A stretch of DNA of 64,000 nt from a virus (taxonomy: Duplodnaviria; Caudoviricetes), in IMG/VR virus record IMGVR_UViG_3300037047_000162, positions 3,566-67,565 of that record; one strand, written 5' to 3'. Of the stretch, positions 55,422 to 64,000 are shown piece by piece; the stretch's first letter is position 1; each line of letters opens with the position of its first letter. Made by a program: the position numbers and the translations under genes. The notes beneath the pieces are model-generated. The model was given only the letters and a program-made list of their open reading frames with translations. It ran no database searches and was not told the DNA's origin.

Positions 55422-57046
55422 AAAGGGAGCGATTCAGTCTCCGCCCGCGGGCACGCCAGCCGTTCCAGCTCCGCGATGCGATCGGCGGCCTGCAGAAACG
55501 TGAGCGATTGGGCGGAGCCGTACCCCAGCGAGCGAAGCCACTCTTCCTGCTGGACGGCGGCCTGGTCGGCGTACAACTCGGTCGTCAGCTCGCGGATGCG
55601 GTCTCGCTGCCACTGCTGAATCTTGCCGTTGGGCGTCTGGCCGTTGCCGCTGCTTCCGTTGCCGTTATGACTGGGCTCGGGCTGTGGCTCGGGCGGGGGC
55701 GGCGTTGGCATGGTCCGCTCGTGCTTCATCAGGTTCAGCTTGGACAGCACGCCCATCGCCTCGGCCTCGGTCAGCCCGGCCGGGTCGTTGGTCGCGGCGT
55801 TTTCCAGCAGCCATTCTTGCGCCGCCTGGCCGCTGGGGAACAATTGCCGCATGAGCCCCGGTTTTTCCGCCGAACCAACCAGTTCTGCGATCTGCTGCGA
55901 GGTAATCATCGGCTTGGTCTGGGGGACCTGTTTTTCGTCTGGGCTCGCTGTGGCGTGCGTGGGGGCCGAAAAAACCGACGTGGAGGCCGCTTGTCCTCGG
56001 TTTTGTGCCGCCTGCTGGGCTTGAATCTGCGAAAGTCCCGCTGCCGCCGCCATTCTGGCCAGCTCCAACGCCGACAGATGGGCCTGCGCCGCTTCCGCCT
56101 GGTTGCGGGCCGTTTCCTGGGCGATCAGCAGCTTCTGATCTTCCGATAGCGACTGGTCTGGCAGCCGTTCATCCGCGGCCAGTTGGGAGAAGTTTGGCGG
56201 GTTGGCGATGTACTCGCGAATCCTGTCCGGCGTGCAGACCGGCAACCGCGGCGGCAGGATCGGCCGATCGTCGTCGCCCGTGGCGCCGAACCGCACGAGC
56301 CGCTCCTTCTTCAGGATCGCGGACGGCAGTCGGGGGGCTTCCTTCCCCTTGGCCTTCGGGCTGCGATCCAACTCCAGATGGACCGTGGCCAGCTTCTCCA
56401 GCACGTCGAGCCCCTCGGCCACCTGCTTGCCGGTCTTGCTGCCGGCGGCCCATTCGTTCTTCAGGTGGACCGTCAGAACGAAGGTCTCGAACCGCAGGCG
56501 GCATTCGACCGACAGGATGTGCGAGAGCATGGCCTTGGCATCCGGCCAGAAGAACATCGTGCTGGCCTTCTGGTACTCGTTGTGCGTGCGGCCGAACGCC
56601 TCCGGATGCCGCTTCAGCCAGTCCAACATGCCGTCCTGCAGCGGCGTGAACGTATCGCACACGCCGACCGCGTACTGACCCGGCTCGACCGCCAGCAGCG
56701 ACATGAACCAGGCCCGGAACATGGCCGCGGCGGGGCTGTCGTTGCAGTCGGCGTTTTCTTTCAGGATCCGCAGCCACCGCGGGTCTTGCGGACCGGCGGC
56801 GAGGGCTGTGTTATGAACCCCCTGGGCCACGGCCGCCCGAGTGTCCTTGTGGACAAAGTTCAGCGCCCCGGCGTAACTGTCGCTCGATCCTTCCTGATCG
56901 TAGACCAGCGTCGTCGGCTGCACTTCGCTCGACGGCCGCCGCGTGTTCGGATCAACCGTGAGCCCAAACAAAGTCTTCCCCGAGTTGACAGGCCCGGACA
57001 CCATGATGACGGGAATCCGCTGGCCCGACCAAAGATTGAATTTCAT
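55418..57046 (-). CDS. Sak4/AAA_24-like recombination ATPase with C-terminal extension
   Basis: SGPVNSGKT, YDQEGS, VCDTFT, TVHLKNEW. Confidence 0.7.
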   Translation of the reverse strand: MKFNLWSGQRIPVIMVSGPVNSGKTLFGLTVDPNTRRPSSEVQPTTLVYDQEGSSDSYAGALNFVHKDTRAAVAQGVHNTALAAGPQDPRWLRILKENADCNDSPAAAMFRAWFMSLLAVEPGQYAVGVCDTFTPLQDGMLDWLKRHPEAFGRTHNEYQKASTMFFWPDAKAMLSHILSVECRLRFETFVLTVHLKNEWAAGSKTGKQVAEGLDVLEKLATVHLELDRSPKAKGKEAPRLPSAILKKERLVRFGATGDDDRPILPPRLPVCTPDRIREYIANPPNFSQLAADERLPDQSLSEDQKLLIAQETARNQAEAAQAHLSALELARMAAAAGLSQIQAQQAAQNRGQAASTSVFSAPTHATASPDEKQVPQTKPMITSQQIAELVGSAEKPGLMRQLFPSGQAAQEWLLENAATNDPAGLTEAEAMGVLSKLNLMKHERTMPTPPPPEPQPEPSHNGNGSSGNGQTPNGKIQQWQRDRIRELTTELYADQAAVQQEEWLRSLGYGSAQSLTFLQAADRIAELERLACPRAETESLPF

Positions 57047-57191
57047 AAGTCCCTCCGTTACCTCTCCAGACATACCGATCCCAGATACAGCAGGGTGGCA
57101 GCCTGCGGCCACGTTCGTCTCGCCAGCGATGCCGAAGCGAAGTCCGAAAACGTGCCCAGCAGGCAGCCACTCGTCGAAAAAACGCCCCACA

Positions 57192-57956
57192 TCACGCGGC
57201 CTCCATGCGATCCGCCAGCCGGACGCACAGCCAGACATCCTGGTGCAGATACGCCTCAGCCGCTTTGCGGTTGTCGCGCCAGAGCCTGGCGAACTCGGCG
57301 CCGCTGACCCCCGTGCCTTCCGCCTCCGTGACCTTGCCGGCAATCCCGAACGCCCTGGCCAGCCGGTTTAGTCCGATCATGTCTCGCCCGTGGAATCCCC
57401 AGACCTGCATCAGATCGACAACCAGGTCGGACCAGTAACGGCCCTTACGCAAGCCCGCCGGAACCGGCACGCCCAACAGCCACGAGCGGCGAACCAGAAA
57501 GGGCAGATCGAAGTGGCACACGTTGAAGCCGATCAGCGGCAGCCGGTCATGCAACGCGTCTTCGACGTTATCCCACCACTCCCTCAGTCCGGCCTGTTCG
57601 TCCTGGTCGCAGTCGATGATGTCCGGCGATTCCATCTGGTCATCGCGCAGGAACCCGATGGCCACCACGCGGCCGGTTGTCGCGTCCAGGGCGGCGCGGC
57701 TCTTGAAGTCCGCGAAGTGTTTTTCTTGGGCCGCGATTACATCCGCCGCGTAACGCTGGACGAGATCGTCGTGAGCCTTGCGAGCTTCCTCGATCTTCGC
57801 CTTGCCCTTTTCGCTCGTCGGTCCGCCGATGTTGCCGCACTTCACGGCCGTCGGGTCGAACGGACCGGGGGGCGGCGGCGGCTCGAACGACGGCAACCGC
57901 TCGCGCAGAACCTCGTCGTCCAGCCCGCCCGTCTCGATATCAAACGCAAGATACAT
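57192..57956 (-). CDS. DnaQ/PolB-like 3'-5' exonuclease
   Basis: AFDIET, GFNVCHFDLPFL, YLHQDV. Confidence 0.88.
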   Translation of the reverse strand: MYLAFDIETGGLDDEVLRERLPSFEPPPPPGPFDPTAVKCGNIGGPTSEKGKAKIEEARKAHDDLVQRYAADVIAAQEKHFADFKSRAALDATTGRVVAIGFLRDDQMESPDIIDCDQDEQAGLREWWDNVEDALHDRLPLIGFNVCHFDLPFLVRRSWLLGVPVPAGLRKGRYWSDLVVDLMQVWGFHGRDMIGLNRLARAFGIAGKVTEAEGTGVSGAEFARLWRDNRKAAEAYLHQDVWLCVRLADRMEAA

Positions 57957-57988
57957 CTGTCGTTTCCTCCACAGGAAAAAATGGACGG

Positions 57989-58249
57989 TTACAGAATTGC
58001 GAACGGGTCATCGCGACGGATGGCCCGCACTTGTTGAACGCCGAGGATCAGCCCCTCTCGGATCGCCTGACGTTCCATTTCCACCCGGTCGGCTTTCATC
58101 CGACCGACCAATTGCCGCCGGAATCGGCAGTAGCAGGACGGACATTGGCCGCGCCGCAGGTAACCCGACTTTCCGCAGACAAGACACTCTCCAGCCTTGA
58201 CGCAAGCTAGAACCTGAGCCAGCTTTTCCGGTTTCGCTCTCCCCTTCAT
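57989..58249 (-). CDS. Small C4 zinc-finger protein (Cro position)
   Basis: CLVC...RRGQCPSCY; AAAGG RBS; first gene of the leftward lytic operon. Confidence 0.7.
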   Translation of the reverse strand: MKGRAKPEKLAQVLACVKAGECLVCGKSGYLRRGQCPSCYCRFRRQLVGRMKADRVEMERQAIREGLILGVQQVRAIRRDDPFAIL

Positions 58250-58487
58250 CACACGCCTTTCCACCACTGAAAATATGGAAGTACCCTCCCGATTGGCGAG
58301 CGGCTCTGGGGTCTGCCGATGATGCGTTGCGACCGCCTGATCGTGCCGTGCTCGCCGCTGCGGGCCAGAAACTTCACGGATTGTAACGGCGATTAAATTG
58401 CTTTCAACGTAAGTTGCGACGTATTTGCGCCATATCTGCAACATATACGGAACGCACGTACACTTAAGTTAATGAAGCAATTAAGAC

Positions 58488-58519
58488 TTGCGTCGTGAAA
58501 AAAATTTTGGTAAATTTTT
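58488..58519 (+). promoter_or_regulatory. Promoter TTGCGT-N17-TAAATT (extended -10) overlapped by palindrome AAAAATTT-TGGT-AAATTTTT
   Basis: Read directly; ATG at 58525 suggests a leaderless mRNA. Confidence 0.6.
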
Positions 58520-58524
58520 CCGAC

Positions 58525-58881
58525 ATGAGCACAAAACACCCCGAACCGTGTCTGTCCTGCCGCGAGCAGAAGGTCATTTACGCCCGTGGGCTCTGTTCCT
58601 CGTGCTACCAGAAATGGCGGCGGGTCATGAAAATGATCCCGTCCCATCGCCGCGCCGAGGCTGAGCAGAAGCTCATCTCCGGAGGCAAGTTGCTGGCGGC
58701 GGATGCTGGCCCGAAGCCCGAATCCAACCCTTTTGTGCGGGACTTGGCGGAATTCCTGACCGGAAGCGAACGCATGGTGGAAGCGGAGGCCCAAGGCCAC
58801 CAGGGTCAGCAGTCCGAACCGGCCGCAGGCAAGAAGAAACGCGGCAGATCCAGGCAAACGGAACTTGGGCCGAAGCGCTGA
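58525..58881 (+). CDS. Small C4 zinc-finger protein (CI position), paralog of 57989-58249
   Basis: CLSC...ARGLCSSCY; divergent from its paralog. Confidence 0.7.
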   Translation: MSTKHPEPCLSCREQKVIYARGLCSSCYQKWRRVMKMIPSHRRAEAEQKLISGGKLLAADAGPKPESNPFVRDLAEFLTGSERMVEAEAQGHQGQQSEPAAGKKKRGRSRQTELGPKR

Positions 58882-59015
58882 GGCGAGCAGACATGCTCTC
58901 GGCCGACGGCAAGAAGTGCCGGGCCGAAATACGAATGTGACCAAAGGTGTCACGCAATTCCGCTAGCAGTGGAGGCATACTAAACATGTTTTCACTTCTA
59001 TAGAGGAAATCACCG

Positions 59016-59426
59016 ATGCGTCAGATTCGTTACCAGCTGTGGAGCGTGGACCCGATTGACCCCAATGATGAACGGCCGCTGTTTGGGAGCTATACCTTGG
59101 AGGCGTGTCGGCGAATCATCGCCGTCTACAACACTCGGGACCGCTGCCACCGGCTGCTGATCGCCAAGCCCGTGGAATGTCAGATCCCGGCCTGCCACTG
59201 TTACACCTGCCAGATCCACACCACCAAGTCCGACAAGGTGTTCGTCCGGAAGATCCAGGCGGCGGACGCTTATGCCGCCGCCCGAGACTGCATACGGCGT
59301 TTCCAGGCCGGCATCGACGAAGTCGCCGTCTGGCTGTACGACGAGGATCGCGAGGCCGGAGCGCTGCCCGTTCTGCTGCTTCATCGTGACGGGAAGCTGT
59401 GGAGAGCCAGGCGGATCGCGTCCTGA
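59016..59426 (+). CDS. Hypothetical protein
   Basis: AGAGGA RBS; clean ORF. Confidence 0.55.
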   Translation: MRQIRYQLWSVDPIDPNDERPLFGSYTLEACRRIIAVYNTRDRCHRLLIAKPVECQIPACHCYTCQIHTTKSDKVFVRKIQAADAYAAARDCIRRFQAGIDEVAVWLYDEDREAGALPVLLLHRDGKLWRARRIAS

Positions 59427-59484
59427 ACCTCGCCCGACCGCGGAGAACCCCGGTTGGGCGTTTTGACGAACCCCCGCGTCGCCG

Positions 59485-59781
59485 TCAGATCCCGGCGGCC
59501 GCCAGTTCGGCCTCGGCCCGGGCGATGTCCCGCGCCCGCTGCCTGGCCGAGCGGACGGGGATCTCCCGGCCGTCGGCCGCCGCGGTGCTTCGCTCGATGA
59601 AACGCTCAATCGCCTCGTGGGAAGTGAAGCGCCTGCCGCCGACCTTGATGGTCTCCAGCCGCAGGCCGCGGACGCCGTTGTTGACCCACCGCCAGACCGT
59701 GGCCACGTGCGGCCGTCCGGGGAAGATTTTGGTCGCTTCGGTGATCGTACAGAGGGTTTCGTTTTGGAATTCGATCGACAT
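59485..59781 (-). CDS. DUF1580-like HTH excisionase / directionality factor
   Basis: PGRPHVATVWRWV..GVRG..LET.KVGGRRFTS.EAIERF. Confidence 0.85.
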   Translation of the reverse strand: MSIEFQNETLCTITEATKIFPGRPHVATVWRWVNNGVRGLRLETIKVGGRRFTSHEAIERFIERSTAAADGREIPVRSARQRARDIARAEAELAAAGI

Positions 59782-60186
59782 GGATGCACTCCGACAAAAA
59801 AAGGGCCAACGAGGAACGACGACCTCGCTGGCCCATCTTCTGTTTCGAAGTGCGCAGGCAAGGTCATCACTGCCCTTGCCGGAATTCGTTTGTCGCTTGG
59901 ACATCACACGACACCGATTGTTAACGATGTCGGTCCCTTCCCTGAGTTGTCCACGAGGGGCTATCGCTTACTTGCTTCACCCCCAGACAAACGCCGCACC
60001 GGTCCGGTGACCGCGCGTCCTCAGCCCACCCCACCGCCGAGACGGCCTTCGCTCGAAAGCTACTGCATCCCGGTTCGGAGCCGGGAACGGATCAAGCTGG
60101 TTCACCGCACGCGAGCGGGTGACTCACGTGGGGATACGTACACTGTAGCAAAGCATCGCCCTGGCGTGCAAGGGTCGGCAAAAAAA

Positions 60187-61287
60187 TCATCCCACCTGCC
60201 GCGCGACCTCGACCGCCAGCCGCTGGTCCCGTTCCGCGTACACCTGCGTCACATCGGCCTTGCTGTGGCCGAGGACCACCTGGGCCGCCTCCAGCCCGAA
60301 CTTCTGGCGGACCGTCGTAGCGGCGTTGTGCCGCAACTGATTTGGATGCCAGGGCTCAAGCAACGGCTGGCCTTGCTTCCGACGTAGTCGGTTCGCTCGG
60401 TTAACGGCAGACTTAATCCGATCGTGGTACGCTCGCGAATTGAATCCTCGGGGGCTCCGCGGTGCCCGAAAACAGGGTAAGTCGTCACCGAAAAGATACG
60501 GTTTCAAGATTTCCTGCGCCTGCGGACCGATGTAGACAATCCGCTGGCGGCCGTGATGTTCGGTCTTATGTTCCTCGGGAACGAATCGCCAAACGTCCCC
60601 GGTGCGGTCGATGTCCTTCGGCCGCATACTGCAGACTTCGCCAGGTCTGGCCCCCGTGAGCCGCTGGAATTGCACCATTGCGGCGACCACGGGCTTCAGG
60701 TGTGGCAAGGTCGCATCGACCACGGCATCATCGACCGGCAGCACCGGAGCGGTTTCTCGGGCGGTGGTTTTCCCCTTAGCCAGACCGGGAACGACAATTA
60801 GGCGGTGGTAGACTTCGGCGGGGACCAATTCCTCCGCAGCGGCCCATTTGAAAATGTGCTTGATCCGGCCCGCTTGCTTGTTGACGTAGTTGCGGGAGTT
60901 ACCCGCCAAAACCATCTGGTCCCGGACTGCCTTCAAACCCTTCGGCCCGAAATCTGCGGCTCGGGTTCTGCCGTACAGGTCTTTGAGGTATCGCAGCACA
61001 ACCTTATAGCTGGCCACTTCGTCGGTGACTCGACCGCGCTTGACGTAGTGCTTGGTGGCGTGACGGAGAAACGCTCCACACACCTCGGTGATCGTGATAT
61101 CGACCGCGGGCGTGATGCGTGTCGGCCGATCATCGGCAACCCATTCGGCGATCCGCCGCTTGTATTCCTGTTTACTGGCGGCGGTGCCAAATTTCCCCAG
61201 GTAGAAGTCGCGTCCACCAATCCGTACCACAGCTTGGCCTGACGCGTGTTTGCGATACTTCGGAACGGAGTTTACGAGTCTCGGCAT
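60187..61287 (-). CDS. Prophage tyrosine integrase
   Basis: TGARPGE, HKT, NQLRHNAAT, LGHS, VY; adjacent to the tRNA fragment. Confidence 0.92.
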   Translation of the reverse strand: MPRLVNSVPKYRKHASGQAVVRIGGRDFYLGKFGTAASKQEYKRRIAEWVADDRPTRITPAVDITITEVCGAFLRHATKHYVKRGRVTDEVASYKVVLRYLKDLYGRTRAADFGPKGLKAVRDQMVLAGNSRNYVNKQAGRIKHIFKWAAAEELVPAEVYHRLIVVPGLAKGKTTARETAPVLPVDDAVVDATLPHLKPVVAAMVQFQRLTGARPGEVCSMRPKDIDRTGDVWRFVPEEHKTEHHGRQRIVYIGPQAQEILKPYLFGDDLPCFRAPRSPRGFNSRAYHDRIKSAVNRANRLRRKQGQPLLEPWHPNQLRHNAATTVRQKFGLEAAQVVLGHSKADVTQVYAERDQRLAVEVARQVG

Positions 61288-61426
61288 AGTGCAGCCCTTT
61301 CGGCAACCGGACCGCAAAATGGTAGGCTACCACTTTGCGCCCCGTTGGTTTTTCCGAAAAAACGCCGCACTTCCGAACGTCGGAAGGTATCGTAAGTCTC
61401 TACTCGGCTTGAAGTTACGTTGTCAG

Positions 61427-61493
61427 TGCGGGAAACAGGACTTGAACCTGCACGACCTTTCGGCCACTAGGCCCTCAAGCTAACGCGTATACC
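61427..61493 (-). tRNA. 3' portion of tRNA-Leu(GAG), attachment-site copy (not a full tRNA)
   Basis: GGTATACGCGTTAGCTTGAGGGCCTAGTGGCCGAAAGGTCGTGCAGGTTCAAGTCCTGTTTCCCGCA. The T-arm and variable arm are intact; no 5' acceptor strand lies upstream. Confidence 0.8.
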
Positions 61494-61652
61494 TCTTTTG
61501 GCGATTTCTGTCGCGTTGGAGCCGCATTGATTTCACGTTGTAAGTATTGCAGTGCAAAGCGTTTGCGTTATTATTACCTGAAAGACGCGTTGCGGTGACG
61601 CGGGGGTCAAGTTGGAACGGATTGCAGAAAAATTGCAGAAAAGGGGCTGAGC

Positions 61653-62915
61653 ATGGCGTCCATTCAAAAGAAGGGGGATGGCTGGTACTGCCAGTTCTTG
61701 TACCGCGGCAAACGGCACACGTTCACCATCGGGAAAGTTGATGACGAGGAAGCGGAAACCAAGGCGAATCAAATTGATTACCTGCTGATGCGGATCCGCC
61801 AAGGGCTGCTCACCGTGCCGCCCGGCATCGATATCGTGTTGTTTCTACAGCACGACGGCAATCCGCCGGAACCCGTTGCACAAGCAGAGCAAAGCGAGCC
61901 GCAGATCCTGACCCTGGGCGGCCTTCGCGACCGCTACCTGGAAACACACGGGAACGGGAGCCTGGAGCCGACGACATTGAGCTTGATCAAAACACATTTT
62001 CGGCACCTGGTGGCCACCCTCGGCGAACGGTTTCCTATCGGCGAACTGGGGATGGCGGATTTGCAGAAACACATCAACAGGCGGGCCAAAATGAAGGGTC
62101 TGAAACAGGGCAAGCTCTCGCCGACGACCATGAAAAAAGAAATCGTCACCTTGCGGACGGCGTGGAACTGGGGCGTCAACATGCGGTTCCTATCCGGCAA
62201 GTTTCCGGCGACGGGTCTCACGTACCCGAAGTTCGAGGACAAGCCGCCATTTCAGACCCGTGAAGAAATCGAGCGGCGTATCGCCGCCGGCGGCCTGAAG
62301 AAGAAGGAAATTGCCGAGCTATGGGACTGCCTGTACCTGACACTGCCCGACGTCGAGGATATCCTGAAGCAGGTTGACGAAAAAGCGATCCAACCCTGGG
62401 TCCATCCCATGTGCTGCATGGTGGCCTACACCGGGGCACGACGCTCTGAAATGCTCCGGGCATTCGTGACCGACATCGACCTGCAGAACCAGACGGTCCT
62501 GCTCCGCGAACGGAAGCGGGCCAAGGGGCGAGCGACGACTCGCCGCGTGCCGTTGGCCCCGCAACTTGTGGACGTCCTCAAAGCCTGGCTTGCGATCCAC
62601 CCCGGAGGTCAGCACTTGTTCGCTCAAGCGACGGTTGTCGCGCGCAGTAAAAGCACGCGAAAGGCTGCCACGCCGATCACGCCGGACGAGGCCCACGATC
62701 ATCTCAAGCGGGCGCTGGCCGATACCAAGTGGAACGTCATGCGGGGCTATCACGTCTTCCGCCACTCCTTCATCAGCCTGGCCGCCAGCCGCGGTATCGA
62801 CCAGCGGTTGATCGACGAGTGGGTTGGCCATCAGACCGACGAGCAGCGTCGCCGGTATCGCCACCTGTACCCGACGACGCAGCAAGAGGCGATCAGCCGG
62901 ATGTTCACCAAGTAG
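61653..62915 (+). CDS. Tyrosine integrase of a second integrative element
   Basis: YTGARRSE, YHVFRHSF, VGHQT, RY. Confidence 0.92.
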   Translation: MASIQKKGDGWYCQFLYRGKRHTFTIGKVDDEEAETKANQIDYLLMRIRQGLLTVPPGIDIVLFLQHDGNPPEPVAQAEQSEPQILTLGGLRDRYLETHGNGSLEPTTLSLIKTHFRHLVATLGERFPIGELGMADLQKHINRRAKMKGLKQGKLSPTTMKKEIVTLRTAWNWGVNMRFLSGKFPATGLTYPKFEDKPPFQTREEIERRIAAGGLKKKEIAELWDCLYLTLPDVEDILKQVDEKAIQPWVHPMCCMVAYTGARRSEMLRAFVTDIDLQNQTVLLRERKRAKGRATTRRVPLAPQLVDVLKAWLAIHPGGQHLFAQATVVARSKSTRKAATPITPDEAHDHLKRALADTKWNVMRGYHVFRHSFISLAASRGIDQRLIDEWVGHQTDEQRRRYRHLYPTTQQEAISRMFTK

Positions 62916-62967
62916 CTGCGGCTCATCGGAAGCGATGTTGATATGTCGTGGGACCGCTCAACGGGTA

Positions 62968-63255
62968 TCAGTATTCGCTTGGCAACAATGCGGTGATTGC
63001 GGACTCGCCGCCGTCTTCGATGATCCACAACGGCGTACGGCCGTCGTCTGCATCGAACGCCTGCCCGTGCTCCAGTCCGTTTGCGGCGCGGGCCGTGTCC
63101 TGCAGCGTGGCCAGACACCAAGCGATTTCCTCGCGGGTGTACGTGGCGATCGCCCCAGCCGTCACGCGGAACGGTTTCCCGTCGTCCGGCACAAACAACC
63201 AGCGTGAAGACGGATCGTCAAGCGGCGTTTCCTGGGGTCGAAGCTTGAGGGCCAT
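62968..63255 (-). CDS. Hypothetical protein
   Basis: LWIIEDG...ITALLPSEY C-terminal motif typical of small mobile-element proteins. Confidence 0.55.
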   Translation of the reverse strand: MALKLRPQETPLDDPSSRWLFVPDDGKPFRVTAGAIATYTREEIAWCLATLQDTARAANGLEHGQAFDADDGRTPLWIIEDGGESAITALLPSEY

Positions 63256-63346
63256 AGGGGTTTACGAAGCGCGATCGTGGCGGATTATATTCCGAGCCAG
63301 GTGGCCAACGCAAAGACAGACCGACGGACATCCACGGCCGCCAGCA

Positions 63347-63610
63347 TCATCGTTCCGGCAGCAACCCCTCGCGCTCGATCCGATTAAGCTCCTGGTGCGA
63401 AATCACCCACGACTGGTACTTGCCCCGGCCGCTGCGCCGTTTCTCGGCCTTGATCCGGCCGCGACGCGCCCACTCGCGCACGGTGAACTCCGCCTTCCCC
63501 AGCAGTTCGGCGACCTCGTCGGTCGAGTAGTAATCCTTCACCGTCCGGAGCTGGATCAGTGTGCCAATTGCCTTCTCGATGCGTTCCAGACGTTCCAAGA
63601 TTGCGTCCAC
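63347..63610 (-). CDS. HTH_17/MerR-like excisionase of the second element
   Basis: YYSTDEVAELLGKAEFTVREWARRGRI; AAGGGG RBS before GTG. Confidence 0.85.
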   Translation of the reverse strand: MDAILERLERIEKAIGTLIQLRTVKDYYSTDEVAELLGKAEFTVREWARRGRIKAEKRRSGRGKYQSWVISHQELNRIEREGLLPER

Positions 63611-63699
63611 GATTATCCCCTTGAGTTGCACCACGATTCTGTTTTCAGAAGAAACGACGGTGGCCCCCTGGGGCCACCGTCGCTCGGCCCACCGGCCGT

Positions 63700-63864
63700 C
63701 TACTCGGCCTCGGTCTCCTGCGGCTGCTCCCGCAGCTTGTCCCAGACGTGCTTCAGGCACAGCACGCCGCGGAACGACTTATCGCCGAACTGGACGACGA
63801 CCGTCCGCTCCGTCGTGCCGCAGATGAAACACCGCTTGTCGCTCACCTCGCGAATCGTCAACAT
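63700..63864 (-). CDS. Small Cys-containing protein
   Basis: MLTIREVSDKRCFICG...VLCLKH; AGGAGG RBS. Below the ORF-track cutoff. Confidence 0.55.
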   Translation of the reverse strand: MLTIREVSDKRCFICGTTERTVVVQFGDKSFRGVLCLKHVWDKLREQPQETEAE

Positions 63865-64000
63865 GCTTCCTCCTTTGCTTTTCGAGTTCAGTCAGCAACC
63901 AATCGATCAACACGTTCTGCGCCCGGATCACCTGCTTCTGGCTGCGGATCACCGAGCGGACACTCCGCTTTTCCACGAATCATCCTCCTTTCGTTACGAT

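Larger units (their letters stand above)
2156..61493 (-). mobile_element. Prophage (lambda-like head, long tail), left att not visible in the window
   Basis: Complete ordered integration, regulation, replication, packaging, head and tail modules. Confidence 0.9.

Noticed and set aside
61427-61510. Complete functional tRNA-Leu
   Set aside because: There is no 5' acceptor strand complementary to TTCCCGC, and the anticodon stem is mismatched.
60187-62915. Either tyrosine recombinase as the integron integrase for the attC cassettes
   Set aside because: Both look like phage/ICE integrases (N-terminal arm-type domain, tRNA att, adjacent excisionase), and I see no IntI-specific insertion. An IntI HMM search would settle this.
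1-64000. Diversity-generating retroelement or retron
   Set aside because: No reverse transcriptase ORF. The only long near-duplicate (30188/31683) does not appear to show adenine-specific variation.

Overview
GC-rich window dominated by an apparently near-complete lambda-like, long-tailed prophage (about 2.1-61.4 kb) with almost all genes on the minus strand. The host is probably a Planctomycetota member; this is an inference from repeat types and gene families. From right to left the prophage has: a tRNA-Leu(GAG) 3' fragment (att), a tyrosine integrase, a DUF1580-like excisionase, a divergent pair of paralogous zinc-finger genes at the usual cI/cro position, a recombination/replication block (exonuclease, AAA, SSB-like, RecD2, ParB-MTase, ERCC4, primase, helicase), CsrA, a putative lysis block with a papain-like protease, HNH, a ParB / GREB1-TAGT-like GT / RGP(GT75)-like / sulfotransferase-like cluster, an accessory block (MoxR AAA + partner, RadC, RarA C-terminal domain, MTase-AAA fusion, Rpn-like protein, MmeI-like RM), a GpA terminase, head genes, tail genes, and a terminal glycosyltransferase/sulfotransferase cluster. 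Three integron gene cassettes with attC sites are embedded in antisense orientation at two loci, and no IntI is visible. One attC is split by an ORF-less group II intron. Many REP/MITE-like repeats are present, several in frame inside genes. A second integrative element begins at 61.5 kb. All family assignments come from motif recognition by eye; no database searches were run.
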